64,000 nucleotides of DNA from Candidatus Latescibacterota bacterium (GCA_965205975.1 OZ242195.1:2816001-2880000), one strand, 5' to 3'; counted from the stretch's first letter, positions 11,006-23,090 are shown. The notes: generated by a model not told the origin, from the sequence alone. A program made the numbers and translations.

Positions 11006-11945
11006 TTACTTGTGCGGTCCGTCCCCAATACGAGCAGAAATACGCGCTGCAAGCCTCTGCCGCAATTCCTCCGGATTTTTCCAAACAATGTGATTGTACT
11101 GGCGTGTATCGAAATGGACATGTTTCAAAGCATCCTTTCTACAGGTAAAAAATACCTCGATACCAAGCCCATGTGCAAAGCCAGCTTCGTAATAGACACC
11201 CCCGCGCTCCGTCATCTCCCTGGGTGAAATCAGCGACAACAAAACGAGACCGCCTGATTTCGGCAATAATCTCGTCGTCTATCTTGTTGGTATGTTCTTT
11301 TTCATCGATTCGGACTGCTTCGTATCCTGCATCTTCGATTCCGAGTTTAATACCTTCTTCCCACGCTTTTTGGGTGGATTCATCAAACCACATGGCCACA
11401 AAACCTTTTGATGATTCGGCATTCGCTGTCTCAAGTTCTGCAAGTCGAGCGTATCCCTCGACTGTTATGGTGTATATATGATAATTTCCTTTTTCTACTA
11501 CCCAACGCTCCTCTTTCAAATAATTTAATAGATACCACACTTCATTCTCACTGACAGATTCCGACCAAGCTGCTACAGCTATGTTGGACATCTCTGAGGA
11601 CGAAAAATCAACTCTTTGACCGATCTCTACAGTTTGATCTCCAATGTACTGGAGAAGTCGGTCTGCACGCTCGTGGACGGACAAATCCCTTTTTTCTTCC
11701 GCCATCGTGATCGTGTTACTGTCTATTTCAGGACAATTGACGCCCAATCGCCGTTGATCGACCAACCACGAGGTCAAGCGTGCCTTGCCGCGTTCATCGA
11801 TCCGTGGCAAGCATCCAATAGCTGTTCCAGAAATGAAGTACTTACCGCCCGCCCGAGGCGAATCCACCAATTTTCCATGGCGACCATCTGTAGATTCTTC
11901 GGAAGCCGGTGTACCCCAGATTGGACAGAGTGATTCCTGGTTCAT
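11006..11945 (-). pseudogene. Nucleoside 2-deoxyribosyltransferase/TIR-like domain protein, frameshifted near 11200
   Basis: GFVAMWF..KIDDEIIAEIRRSRFVVADFT continues in another frame as RGGVYYEAGFAHGLG..HFDTRQYNHIVW. Confidence 0.75.
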
Positions 11946-12011
11946 GTTTTCACATCCTCGTTTTAATATTTGAAGAGTTTATCACCCTTTTCTCTGCCTA
12001 AATTGGAGCGC

Positions 12012-12034
12012 AAAAAAACCGGCAAAAGCCGGTT
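12012..12034 (-). terminator. Rho-independent terminator after res
   Basis: AACCGGC-TTTT-GCCGGTT followed by a T run on the minus strand. Confidence 0.65.
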
Positions 12035-12063
12035 GGGGTTGGTCTGGCGAAAATTAACTTAAA

Positions 12064-15000
12064 TTATGGCACAGCATCTCCACTGAGTGCGTGTGTGATG
12101 ACCTGTTGAAGACATTCTTTCTCGTTCAGGAAGTAAACACCATCCTTTTTCCACTCACTCGCACGACGACCGCCATCATCAATCTCCGAAGCTGGTGTGA
12201 CGGACAGAATATAGGCTCGCAGATACAGATCCGGGTCGTTCTCGCGCACCCGCTCTTCTATTTCCGCGATCTCGTGATGCAGTTGCACTTTTCTGCGCTC
12301 CCTTTGGCCGAACCTGCTTAAGCCTTTGGGGTCGAGAAATAGAACGTGCTGTTGGTCGTCGTCTTTCAACCAGACGATAAAGTCCGGGTAATAACCGAAG
12401 TCGTCGAAAAAGGACACGCCTCGACCGCGCGTCAGATTGCGAATCAGAAACAACTCTTTACCTTGCAGGCATGGGTCGCCGTTCTGGATCAGCTTTTCCA
12501 GCCCCTCGACAACGCGCTTCTCGTTTACATCCAAGGGAACGGGTTGGACCGTAACGATGCGATCTTTTCGGGCATGTAGTAGTGGCTGATACGCATGAGA
12601 CTGTGAACAGATAACACCGATTCTCAAGCTCTCATACCAGTTTTGTAACTCTTCGTACTGGCGTTCGCGGATGTTGTACGCCAGCTCACCCGCGTCCTTG
12701 ACCAACTGATCTTCGGTCACATCCACGGATAGCTCGTAGCTTATGACATTATTTGGGTCGTCCTCATCCAGCGTGACGACCTCAAGCTCGCCGTGTTCCC
12801 AGCGCCTGCGCTTCTTGCGCCAGAAGTCATCGGCGTACTCAGTGATCAGATCAAGGGCGATGTTTTCCAGTCCACGCATCTGCGCGAATCCGATGGGATT
12901 CAATCGATCTGGCGGCATATGGAGTTCGTACCAGTCATTGCTCTGCAATAGCTGCTCCACCGTCCGCTGCTCAATAACCAGATTGTGCCAGCCTTTTTGC
13001 TGCTTGCACGACAACAGACGCTCGTAAATGCGGGCTGTGTTGAAAAAGGCAGCATGCGGCCTGAGATCGACCGCATTTTGTCTCGTTTCTTCGCTGAACG
13101 CAGTGCCGTCGGATGCAACGGATTGAAGCTTCGAGTACAGATCCAGCTTTACAGGGGGGCTGCCGTCATCCCCTGGACCCGGCAAGATGGGACGCTCAGC
13201 GGAAAGATGGTATTTTCGATCATCCTTGAGTCGGATCAGCTTCAGGTCTGTCTTCCTGGCAAAATTCCAGGTGGTGGGCAAGCTAAATGTCTCTTGTTCG
13301 GCGCGCATCCCTTCCTTTTCCAGAAGATCCCGGAAGGTCTGCATGTAGTTGGCACGTAGCCCAAAGATGTATAGCTTCTCCAATTCTGCCAGTTCATCGC
13401 TATCCGCTGGCAGTTCCCCTTCGATTTCGCGGTGCCGCTTCAGGCTCATGTTATAGCCCTTCAGGCGTACGCCGCGTCCGAACATCTGGATGATTTCAGG
13501 ACCTTCGTTCACACCGACGTGCATCAGCCCCATCGTACTCACGCGCCATGAGTTCCAGCCCGCGATGAAGCGACGTGCGCCGATGACGATATTCACGGTT
13601 GAGTCCTGACGATCTACGTCGGCGAATAGCCGCGCGGCAAAGCCCAGTTCTCGATCAACGTCGAAATCGGGGTTAGAATTTTCCGTGAGCAGGCTGTAGA
13701 GCTTCGTCGAGTCCCCGACATTGACCACGCCAAAAGGGTCATTGTCCGCGGTGCGAAGGTGTAACTCGCCCGCGCCCGCGGTCAGATAGACGACGTGCAG
13801 CCGTCCAGCTCCGTGAAACACAGTCTCACAGAGATCGTCGTAGAGGTCTTCCCCGCTCGGCAAATGAGAAAAGCGGCCAGAAAAGTAATCATTGCCGGTA
13901 CTGTCGAGCAATCCTGATTCTCCGGCTAACAGGCGTTGGATCATAGACCGCACGTCTTTCTCGTGGGCCAGCACCCAACCGAGAAAATCCAAGATGCTGA
14001 TGACATCGGACCGGGTCTCCTGGTCCGCTTTGCTCGATCCTGTCACCGTCTTGCCGAGAAACACCCACAGAGGTTTTGCCGGATTGAATGCTTTCCAAAA
14101 CGCTCCCTTGTCTCGCCAGATGCGGTATTGCTGGTAAAAGGTCAGCAGGCAACCCAGCAGGTACATGTTGCTGTTCTCGTCTTGCGCCCCGCCCGGCAGG
14201 TTCAGGATCGCGTAGTCTTTGCCGTAGCCATCTGCGTGAAACCGACGGTACGTATAGTCGAATAGCAGACACTTACCGTAGGCGTTCAGCAGGTCGGCAC
14301 TCTTTCCCGCTATCTGGTTAAAGGTCGCAGAATACTCAAAAGTAAAGCCACCGCTCGCCAATTCCCGGCGGCGTTCGCGCCAAGCATTGCCCGATGCGCC
14401 CAGATGCCCTTCATCAACCAGCACCAGATTGTCGTCGCCAAAATCCGTCACCGCAACGCGTTTCACGCCCGTTTTCTCAGCCAGCTTATTCAGGTCAATG
14501 ATCTCGACGGTCTGGAACAAATCAGAACTGGCCTCGCTGGAGAACAGCCGTGCCCCCAGACCGCTTTCCCGCATTTCGCGCTCGTGCTGCACAGACATCT
14601 GCTCATTCGGCGTCACCAGCACAATATTGTTTAGCTGTTTTCCCGCACGCTTTAGATAATGCTGGTATTGCAGAATATGGGCGTGCATGAGGAGCGTTTT
14701 TCCAGAGCCAGTCGCACTCTGGAAAGCGAGGGTGTGCAGGTCTTCTACTGTGTAGTCCGACATACCCGCAGTCGAACGATGACTGGCTTTTTCATGGTTC
14801 AGGTCGGCGCACAGGGCCTCGAGATCGTCGAAATAGCGGTGCAAATAATGTTCGGTGAACAACAGGGCAAGGTATTGGTGGGGTTTCCAGGTCCGTCCGT
14901 GTTCCTCTGTCATGCGAAGTCGCCGGCTGTGCTCCACGATGTTGGCATCGTATTCAGCAAACTGGCTGGCGGGAACGCGGGCGCGAGTGGGATGCGGACT

Positions 15001-15147
15001 CAGTGCCTGGGCATAGTCGCTCTCTCCTCCCGAGATGAGAACGCCCTGGGCATCGCGCAAGCGTTCGAGCATCCTGTCCATGTCGTCGTAGCCGAACTCC
15101 CGGCAGATAAAGCGATGCAGGGCGAGGCGACTTTGTAGGCGTGTCAT
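12064..15147 (-). CDS. res: Type III restriction endonuclease subunit
   Basis: SATGSGKT, LVDEGH, EYSATF, QMFGRGVRL, C-terminal YPDFIVW..DPKG; downstream of mod. Confidence 0.88.
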   Translation of the reverse strand: MTRLQSRLALHRFICREFGYDDMDRMLERLRDAQGVLISGGESDYAQALSPHPTRARVPASQFAEYDANIVEHSRRLRMTEEHGRTWKPHQYLALLFTEHYLHRYFDDLEALCADLNHEKASHRSTAGMSDYTVEDLHTLAFQSATGSGKTLLMHAHILQYQHYLKRAGKQLNNIVLVTPNEQMSVQHEREMRESGLGARLFSSEASSDLFQTVEIIDLNKLAEKTGVKRVAVTDFGDDNLVLVDEGHLGASGNAWRERRRELASGGFTFEYSATFNQIAGKSADLLNAYGKCLLFDYTYRRFHADGYGKDYAILNLPGGAQDENSNMYLLGCLLTFYQQYRIWRDKGAFWKAFNPAKPLWVFLGKTVTGSSKADQETRSDVISILDFLGWVLAHEKDVRSMIQRLLAGESGLLDSTGNDYFSGRFSHLPSGEDLYDDLCETVFHGAGRLHVVYLTAGAGELHLRTADNDPFGVVNVGDSTKLYSLLTENSNPDFDVDRELGFAARLFADVDRQDSTVNIVIGARRFIAGWNSWRVSTMGLMHVGVNEGPEIIQMFGRGVRLKGYNMSLKRHREIEGELPADSDELAELEKLYIFGLRANYMQTFRDLLEKEGMRAEQETFSLPTTWNFARKTDLKLIRLKDDRKYHLSAERPILPGPGDDGSPPVKLDLYSKLQSVASDGTAFSEETRQNAVDLRPHAAFFNTARIYERLLSCKQQKGWHNLVIEQRTVEQLLQSNDWYELHMPPDRLNPIGFAQMRGLENIALDLITEYADDFWRKKRRRWEHGELEVVTLDEDDPNNVISYELSVDVTEDQLVKDAGELAYNIRERQYEELQNWYESLRIGVICSQSHAYQPLLHARKDRIVTVQPVPLDVNEKRVVEGLEKLIQNGDPCLQGKELFLIRNLTRGRGVSFFDDFGYYPDFIVWLKDDDQQHVLFLDPKGLSRFGQRERRKVQLHHEIAEIEERVRENDPDLYLRAYILSVTPASEIDDGGRRASEWKKDGVYFLNEKECLQQVITHALSGDAVP

Positions 15148-16044
15148 TTGTCGTCCTCTTCTTGCATCTTATGGTGTTTGTTTACGAGATAGGCAGCAAA
15201 GGATGCGCAGGCTCCAAACATAAACATGGCCTCGTCCAGCCCGACATCTGGCGAGTTCTTGTCGAGTAGTGCGTGCCGAATCCCCTGTTCGTCGTTTGTG
15301 TATTTAAATAGCTTGGAGAACGCTTCTTTGAGTGCCTGGTGCCTTATCAAACCGGCTTTTTCGAGGGAATTTAGCGCAGGATTAAGGGTTTGTGATGATT
15401 CTGGATCAATTTGGCGAGCAACAGATTCAACCGCGTGGATGCTATCTTTAATTGACTCGGCAAATCGCTGTGCGTTAATATGCGCTGCGGCCTGGCGCAA
15501 GTGTGTCTCTGCGCCTTTCATACCGCCATCGCGGATCGTTTTGATAGCTTCTCGCGTTGCCTCGCCTTGCGCCTTCATTACTGCGCGGAAAAAATTTATA
15601 CGGATGGCGTGACATATCCAGATAGTAAGCAGCGCACATCTTTCAAATGATTCACTGATAGGTTAACTAATTTTTCTCCATACGTGCTGTCATTTACCAT
15701 GAATTGAACAAAGTCGAGAACCTTATTAGAAATTGCCTTTCAGAATCACTTGCTTGAACTGGTTAATTACTTTTCATAAGAAGTATTGATTTCATCTTCG
15801 GGTTTTTTTAACAACTTTCCCAAGACACGTTCGAAAAATCGACTTGCCTTCTTGGTAAAATACACTCGTCTGATAGGCATTTGGTTGAAGCTTGAGATTC
15901 AAGAAACTCTCGTGTCGCATTCCATATTTCTCGCCTTAGATCATCCGAAAGCTCTTCCAATTGCATTGGCTCCGGTAAAGATTCATAACCGTGACGCTGC
16001 GAGAATGTGAGATGATCGTCGGACTGGTATCGGTTATCGCCCAT
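15144..16044 (-). pseudogene. AbiJ-like (N-terminal domain + HEPN) protein in frameshifted pieces
   Basis: N-piece TFSQRHGY..LRREIWN, C-piece SIHAVESVAR..YTNDEQGIRHA; reading frame broken between them. Confidence 0.65.
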
Positions 16045-19000
16045 CGTTGGTCTCTCCAAACATCAATTCACGAAAAATCGGCTCAATGGTCTTCGCGGTC
16101 CAATTCTCACCGGGCTGTTGCATGGCGTTCAGGGTATGATCGCCGTTGACGTAGATGATGTCCAGTGGTTCGGCGAACAAATCGCGGTTGCGATCAAACC
16201 AGGCGTCCAGCGCGGTGAGGTCTATCTCGTCGGTATTGCGCCAGAGGATCAGACAGTTGTGTCCCTCGGGCTCCGTACCCGTGATCGCGAGCACACCGTC
16301 AACTCGCTGTCGGGATTCTACACGCAGACCTATCAAATAGTTGAAAGTCTCGGGCAGATCAACCTGAACTTCTCGACGCACACCATCGCGCACGACGGAG
16401 AGCGTGTAGGAGAAGGGATCAGCGAACGCTTTGCCCAGCAGACACGCGCTACCAGCCGTCTCCTCACCGAGCGCGTAACGCAGCCGATAATCCTCCGCCA
16501 GCGCGGGGTTCTCGGCCAACAAATCCTGCTGTGCGCCCGAAGGTGGCGTCACTTCAAGACTGTCCATTGTATCTTCGTAGGATTCCAGTCGGATGTACTT
16601 GAACAACTGCGTAACGCCTTTACGCAAAACCGGTTTGCCATCCTTCCAATCTGGCGAATAGATGACCTTCTTCATACGCGGTAATAGAACAGTGTCGAAG
16701 TAATCGCCGATCTCCACAAGAACATATTTACGCTGTCCATCATCCTCGCGGTTGAGGTTGATGACCGCATGACCAGTGGTACCAGAACCAGCGAAGAAAT
16801 CAAGAACTTGTGCACCTATCCGTGAAGCACCTGCCGTATATATCGAATCCATCACTGCGTGAATAGATTTTGGATACGAGAAAACAGTCTTTCCAAACAT
16901 CGCGTTGAGAATCACTGTACCGTGTTCAACCGATGAGTATTTTGCATCAAACCAGCAAGACATAGACATCACACCTTTATTATGAGGACGTCTTTTGTAG
17001 TAAACATAATCTCGACCAGAGCGATCCTTGCGTACAGCAATTTCTTGCAAAGCACTCATCACTTTCTTTGCTTCCCAACGCCAAGTCTTCTGAATTCCTT
17101 TTTCGTTGTCTGGAAAAACTACCAGTTCTCCGGCGCCTGATTTTTCCTCTATAATCCATTCTTCGGTCACTGTATTCCAAGTCATTTGGGGAATACGTAT
17201 AGTCTTATCTTTCAGGTATATAGGATAATAAAGTCCAGGTCGTGCTGTTCGATCTGAATTTGATCCTTCTCGCCGTAAGTTTCTCCACTCGAACACCCCT
17301 TTTTCGTCTCGTTTTGAGAAGCGCGCTGCCTGTTTCTTTGTCGGTGGCATTCGTTCAATTGTCCCCAATCGGTGTCTTGCCCCACGCCTGCATACAAAAG
17401 GTATTCGTGTGCTACAGAGTATCCGCCTTGTGTTGGTCGTCCTGAAGGATTTGTACGGACCAGTATTGTCCCAAGTAGTTTCTTGTTGAAGACAGTAGAA
17501 AGCAAAAAACTCAGCTCTTTTTGTTGTTCATCATCAATTGCGGCAACTAGAATGCCACTGTCCGTAAACAGCATTCGAGCAGCGCGAAGGCTACCCTCCA
17601 TGAGGGATACCCAGGTTGAGGACTTATATCCATTCTTGTAGAGGATGGGAGACGCATCAGTATTGAAAGGAGGATCGACATAGACACAATCCACCTGTCC
17701 CTGATATCGCGCTTGCAGCAGATTCAACGTCTGAAAATTCTCGCCATGCACCAGCAGTCCGTCCAACTGTTCGTCCAGCGATTCAGGTTCGGAGAGTGCT
17801 GCCAGTAGTTTGTCCGTGAAATCGCAGTCAAAGTGCCTCGTGTCCAGAACCAGGTAGGGATTGGATTTGAGGAAATCAACGCTCGGCGGATTGTTCCAGG
17901 TCGCACCTCCGTTTATCAGATCGCCCGGGATCTCGTCAACGGCGAACAACTCAACCCATTCCTCGCACTGCGCCGCGTTGTCGGCGATCTCGGGATATAG
18001 CGTTTCAGGAACGCGATCCAGAGTAACGCACCAGTTGGTTTCGAGGACAAATTTTTTCTTTAGCCAGAGTTGCTTCTGAAAGTCCTCCAGTTGCGCCAGA
18101 AAGTCGATGATCTTCCCACCGATGTGACGGGTCGCACGCACGCGCGCCAGTGCCCGGTCCAGCCGGAGGGCGTCGCCCTGCTCCAGATCGTCCAGGTTCA
18201 GTACTTCCGTGTTCAGGTACAGGTCCAACTCGCGACGCAGAAAGCCGCCCAGGTCCTTGTGGATGAAGTAGTCAAAACTGTTCTTCGCTGTATATCGCTC
18301 GACATGCTTCTCCAGCAACGTCCGCTTTTCATTCGCGTCTGTTGGTTCCAGCACAGCGAGTAGATCCCGCCAGTCAGAGGCCACCGAGTTGAGTATCTGA
18401 TCGACCACTGTCTCGTTGATCCTACCCTGTTGTCTAACACCGTTGCCCGTCCACGTCTTCTTTTCGCTATCGGTCAACGGACGGTGCTCAAAGTGCATAA
18501 TGAGCACGCCATCCTCAACCGCAATGGCATCATCCGCGAGAACGAAACGACGTTGCTTGCTGTCGGCCTCCTTGATGTTGTCCCTCTCGTTATCGGCTGC
18601 CGCGATCTCAAAGCGCACGCGCCTCTCTGTTTCGCCTGTGCCAACCGTGAAGACATAAGAAGAGTAGTTCTCTGTTGTCTTGACGTAGTATTGATCCGCG
18701 TTGGCCCAGTGCAACTTGACTTCCTCACCATCGTAAGGGATCAGATAGGCCGAGCGGCCGCCGCTTGAGTAGCGACGTTGCGAGATAAAATCGCCCTCGG
18801 CATAATAGCGTGCGAAAAAATTGGCGAGATGGTTGTACACATCGGCCTCAGAGTCCGCGTCTTTTTGCATCTCAGCAAGCCTTTGGTTCAGTTCAAGGAT
18901 CTTGGGCGAGGGCTGGGTATCGGGATCATACCCACCCTTTCTGGCTTGCTCACGGGCGTCCTGTAGTTCCTGTTCCAGTCTGACGCGTTCCTGGTTGTCC

Positions 19001-19227
19001 GTGAGATTGAGTTGCTCCTGCACCTGCGGCAGCAAGTCATTGTCGAGAAATGTCTCAATCTCAGCGGTCTTCAGGTTCATGATGCGGTATAGGCCAAAGT
19101 CCAGATCGCCGCGGTCGAGTTGAAACATCTCGCGCAGCAGTGTCTTCAGCCGGTCGAACTTTCCTTCAGATCCCCGGGCTGGCTGCACGTCGTTTGATGT
19201 CGAATGCGATGATGTTGAATTATTCAT
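16034..19227 (-). pseudogene. mod: Type III R-M adenine methyltransferase, split by a frameshift near 17370
   Basis: DLDFGLYRIMN and YVDPPFN in 17212..19227; YPKS and DFFAGSGTTGHA in 16034..17368. Confidence 0.88.
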
Positions 19228-19436
19228 GATGGGAATTTTTGTTTGGAGTGAAAAAAGTTAGAAATGGTGCAGATACCAGATATCGAATTTCGGGGGGAGT
19301 ACATTGAAATCCAATGGTTCTGAATCGAAATGAGGGAGTGATCAATTATACTCAGCGAATAGCGAGCCGTCAAGCAAGCATTGAGAATGTCATCAGAAAC
19401 TATGATGAGATATACAAACACAATTAAGATTATGGG

Positions 19437-20645
19437 CTAAATTGGACTACCGCGCCAGACTAATGGTTTACCGGTCTCAACGTCAACTATGCCATCCAAA
19501 CGAGGGGGATTGTTTGGGTCAGCGTGAGCTTGGTCAATTTGGGCTTGAGTGAGGTTACGCACACCTGCTTTAGAAGAACCATCTTTAATTCGTAACTTAG
19601 TAATCATGCCTTTCCACATCGTTACAGATAGATTGGCTCCTGAAAGATTTGCTCCCGAAAGTTTTACTCCTGACAAATCTGTTTCAAAGAAAATCACGCC
19701 AGATAGATCAGCACCAGATAAGTCCGCATTTGATAAATCCGTTCCTTGGAGACTTGCGTTACGCAAGTCAGCACCGTCAAGCAATGCGTCTTTCAGTATT
19801 GCATCTATCCATTCTGTTCCGGATAGGTTTGCACCTGAAAGATGTGCGCCAGATAAATTTGTTTCTTCAAACTCTGAACGAGACAGGTTCGTAAAATCGA
19901 GATGTGCATTTGATAGATCGACATCCCAAAAAACTACGTGCGATAAGTTTTCATTGAACGACGGCTTCTTTTTAATATCGCTTAATTCTATCGTGTACCT
20001 TGTCAATCCTCGAATTCGTGCGGAATGAAGATTGATCTCATCAAGAAGGAAATGAAATTTAGCTTTTTTTTCTAATTCAATGTCTTTTTCACTCCGGGTT
20101 GCGATTGCCCGTAGAATACTCTCAACATCCTCGCGTAGATATGTATCACTATTGATCTTCTGCCTATTAGCAGATACTATGTTGGTGTGTTCGTCAATTT
20201 CCATACTATTATCCTTGGTCGGATGACGCATGAAGGCGCAGAATAGGCGCAGGATCTGGACGTGATATTGCTCTGGATAATCCTCGGCGAGATGTTGCAA
20301 TGCATAGATGCCTCCCAATCGAACAGAGAGAACACTATTGCCAAGCATCTCGGCTCCCTTTTGGTACCGTTCGTTTAACAAATTCTGCTGTGCTGTATCA
20401 GCTTGCCGCTCCCCTATCCAACTGCGCCATATCGCTAAAGGCAGAGCGATTACGCCTGCGATGAGCAAACCGATATTGCGTATCTTAGTGATATCGGTTT
20501 CGGTCAAGCGATCCCAGAAGTCGATAAACACGACAACGCATGCGACCATCACAAAAATTGTCCAAATAGTGACCCAGAAACCAACTGATTTAATCGGGAT
20601 ACGATTCGGATGCAGGTGGCGTAGCCATTTTTTGAGGTGATTCAT
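19437..20645 (-). CDS. Membrane-anchored pentapeptide repeat protein
   Basis: Two N-terminal TM segments, VRLGGIYAL motif, A(D/N)LSG repeats. Confidence 0.88.
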   Translation of the reverse strand: MNHLKKWLRHLHPNRIPIKSVGFWVTIWTIFVMVACVVVFIDFWDRLTETDITKIRNIGLLIAGVIALPLAIWRSWIGERQADTAQQNLLNERYQKGAEMLGNSVLSVRLGGIYALQHLAEDYPEQYHVQILRLFCAFMRHPTKDNSMEIDEHTNIVSANRQKINSDTYLREDVESILRAIATRSEKDIELEKKAKFHFLLDEINLHSARIRGLTRYTIELSDIKKKPSFNENLSHVVFWDVDLSNAHLDFTNLSRSEFEETNLSGAHLSGANLSGTEWIDAILKDALLDGADLRNASLQGTDLSNADLSGADLSGVIFFETDLSGVKLSGANLSGANLSVTMWKGMITKLRIKDGSSKAGVRNLTQAQIDQAHADPNNPPRLDGIVDVETGKPLVWRGSPI

Positions 20646-20830
20646 TAGTCGATTTTCCTCGCATTAGAGGATAGTTCAAATTCCCATACGTCCCTGTGTA
20701 GGGGACGCCGCACGGTAAATCAATTTTTTTCTTGATAAAATCAGGCTCGGTGTTATTGTGGGCACGCAACCTATTGAGATAATATTTAAACCTTCTTGCA
20801 GTCATCAACAGATGAACAAGACGCAACGGA

Positions 20831-22408
20831 TCACATGCCCCATACGTCTATCTCAACACCACCTTCAGACGCACAGCGACGGTGGAACACCTTATCCTCC
20901 CAACGTCTGTCTGTGCGACGGTCAAAAATCACCAGATGACCTGCCTCTGCATCGCACCGATCCATGTACTCCGCGGTCTGTTCCAGACCCTCGGCAATGG
21001 TCTGCTCCAGACTCTTGTGGAGCAATTTACACTCAATCACGATTTTGCGCGTCTCATCGCCCTGCGGCCATAAGATGAGCAGATCAGTGCGTCCACGTCC
21101 CAAACCATACTCCCGTTCAATGCGTCCACCGCTGTTCACAACGCGCTGGAGAAATGCTTGTAACAACAACTGTGGCCCCGCCTCCTGATATTGAAACCGC
21201 GTCACCCAATGCTCTGAATGTTCGCGGAAAAAGGTCTGAAACTCGGTCAGCAGTGCAACCACGTCCAGGCTGCCATCAGCAGTGACATACCAGGCTGTTT
21301 CCTGCTCAAACTCCTCCTGGACCACCCACGTCAGTTCGCGGGGAACGACCTCGGCGTAGATCGGATTGGCGATACGCACGGGACGATCCTGAGCCACCAG
21401 ACCGAGATCGCGCACATACTCTATGTCGCGGTCAATAAAACGGCGTTCCTCACCCCCACTCAGTAGCGGCTCAACGACACGCCGCACGCGGTCTTCCTTG
21501 AGCTTGTCGGCTAACTGATCGAGGTGTATCTCCCGGCGCAGGATGAGTTGCTCCCCTGCATCGTATATCGCCTCGGCTGTGATGGGCTGGCTGCGATCCT
21601 GCCCGGTCTTGTTCTTAAAGCAAGCTTCATACGCCAGTGCGTTCACCAGCCAGGGTTGTCCCTGCGTCTGTCTCCAGATCGTCTCCAGTGACTCGGCTGT
21701 GAATGCCTGCCCCGTTTCTGCCGTATGCTGTGAGATGAGAGCGAACACTTCATCCTGTGAGAAGTCCCCCAGGCGCAGGGACTCGGCGCGAATATTGAAC
21801 GCACTGCCACCGGCAATGATCGCATTCTCAGCAGTGGATTGGATGCGGTAGTCGCGCACATCGCGCACGCCACACAAGATGACGCTTTGTGGAAAACCCT
21901 CTGGACGCAGGTCGTAGCCATCCCGCAACTGCCGCAGTACGGACAGCAGAGAATCGCCGATCAGAGCATCGATCTCGTCAATAAGCAGCACCAGAGGCTT
22001 TGGATCGGCTTTGGACCAGCGCGTCAACGCCTCGCCCAGGGCAGCGTGAGGCCCGTATTTTGTCAAGATGTCGGGCCAAATCTCGTCCAGAAATTCGTCG
22101 TCCAGCGTCAAGCGTGCTCGGGAGGCCAACCTACCCAGAAAAGTGCGCGTCACCTGTTCCACATCTTCGCGTGCGGCTTGCCCGGCCTCGACATTGACAT
22201 ACACACAACGGTAGGTGCCCTCAGCATTGAGCAAGTCGCGCAAAGCCAACAAGGCAGAAGTCTTGCCCGTCTGCCGAGGTGCATGCAGGACAAAATATTT
22301 TGCATCCCGGACCAGGGCATGCACCTCGTCCATGTTCAGACGTTCCAGCGGCGGGATGCAATAGTGCCTTTCGGGCTTGATTGGGCCAGCAGTGTTGAAA
22401 AAGCGCAT
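20831..22408 (-). CDS. AAA-like ATPase with C-terminal PD-(D/E)XK-like domain
   Basis: FFNTAGP, HAPRQTGKTS, LLIDEID, GRTDLLI..VIECK. Confidence 0.88.
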   Translation of the reverse strand: MRFFNTAGPIKPERHYCIPPLERLNMDEVHALVRDAKYFVLHAPRQTGKTSALLALRDLLNAEGTYRCVYVNVEAGQAAREDVEQVTRTFLGRLASRARLTLDDEFLDEIWPDILTKYGPHAALGEALTRWSKADPKPLVLLIDEIDALIGDSLLSVLRQLRDGYDLRPEGFPQSVILCGVRDVRDYRIQSTAENAIIAGGSAFNIRAESLRLGDFSQDEVFALISQHTAETGQAFTAESLETIWRQTQGQPWLVNALAYEACFKNKTGQDRSQPITAEAIYDAGEQLILRREIHLDQLADKLKEDRVRRVVEPLLSGGEERRFIDRDIEYVRDLGLVAQDRPVRIANPIYAEVVPRELTWVVQEEFEQETAWYVTADGSLDVVALLTEFQTFFREHSEHWVTRFQYQEAGPQLLLQAFLQRVVNSGGRIEREYGLGRGRTDLLILWPQGDETRKIVIECKLLHKSLEQTIAEGLEQTAEYMDRCDAEAGHLVIFDRRTDRRWEDKVFHRRCASEGGVEIDVWGM

Positions 22409-22739
22409 GATGCAAGTCTCCTTTTTTATCGTCAGCAGATTGTGCCGTGCGTGGGGCGGGTTGCGATCCTGCTTGCGCCAATCTGTGTCTGCAACTTGTT
22501 ATCGTGACCATTTCCTTGTAACAGCCTGGCCATTAAGATATCTAAACTTAAAGATAAAAGGGATAACAAAAGATAGCGTCCTTAAATTTCTGTAAAAAGC
22601 AAAAAAGTCACCCTTGACCCGCTATCAAGACTTGAGTTTGTCGTCACGAGTAATGTCCTCTCTCGCCACAGCCAATTTTTTGCAACCTTAATCAACTCAT
22701 CTGCATCGTATTATGATGATGACAAAGGAGGTGAAAATC

Positions 22740-23024
22740 ATGTCTATTGCTACTTTCTGTATGATAGCTACTGATTGGGATATATCCGGTATATCGGCAC
22801 TCTACAGAGAGAGTTCACCGAAACCAGAAGACTTGATAGAGGATATGCCAGATGTTAGTAAAGGATTAACCGAAGTAGCCGATGTAGTGGAATTAGCAGA
22901 AGCAGGAGGGAAAGCAGTAGAAGGAAAACTTGAGCCACTGCTAGAGTGGGTAGGAGATTGGATTTTGGGAAAAGGAGTGGAAGAATTGCTCACAGTTTTA
23001 TTATCCCATATCCCAAATTTCTAA
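22740..23024 (+). CDS. Small acidic hypothetical protein
   Basis: Strong AAGGAGGTG RBS before ATG 22740; followed by a terminator. Confidence 0.6.
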   Translation: MSIATFCMIATDWDISGISALYRESSPKPEDLIEDMPDVSKGLTEVADVVELAEAGGKAVEGKLEPLLEWVGDWILGKGVEELLTVLLSHIPNF

Positions 23025-23048
23025 TCAAGAAAGAAGTTGCTGTTTCTT

Positions 23049-23090
23049 GGCCTGGTGAGTGTTGTCGCACTCGCCGGGCCTTTTTCTTTG
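23049..23090 (+). terminator. Rho-independent terminator
   Basis: GGCCTGGTGAGTG..CACTCGCCGGGCC stem plus TTTTTCTTT. Confidence 0.75.

Noticed and set aside
17340..17400. Phase-variable simple-sequence repeat in mod
   Set aside because: Only a G4 run at the frameshift; no tandem repeat tract
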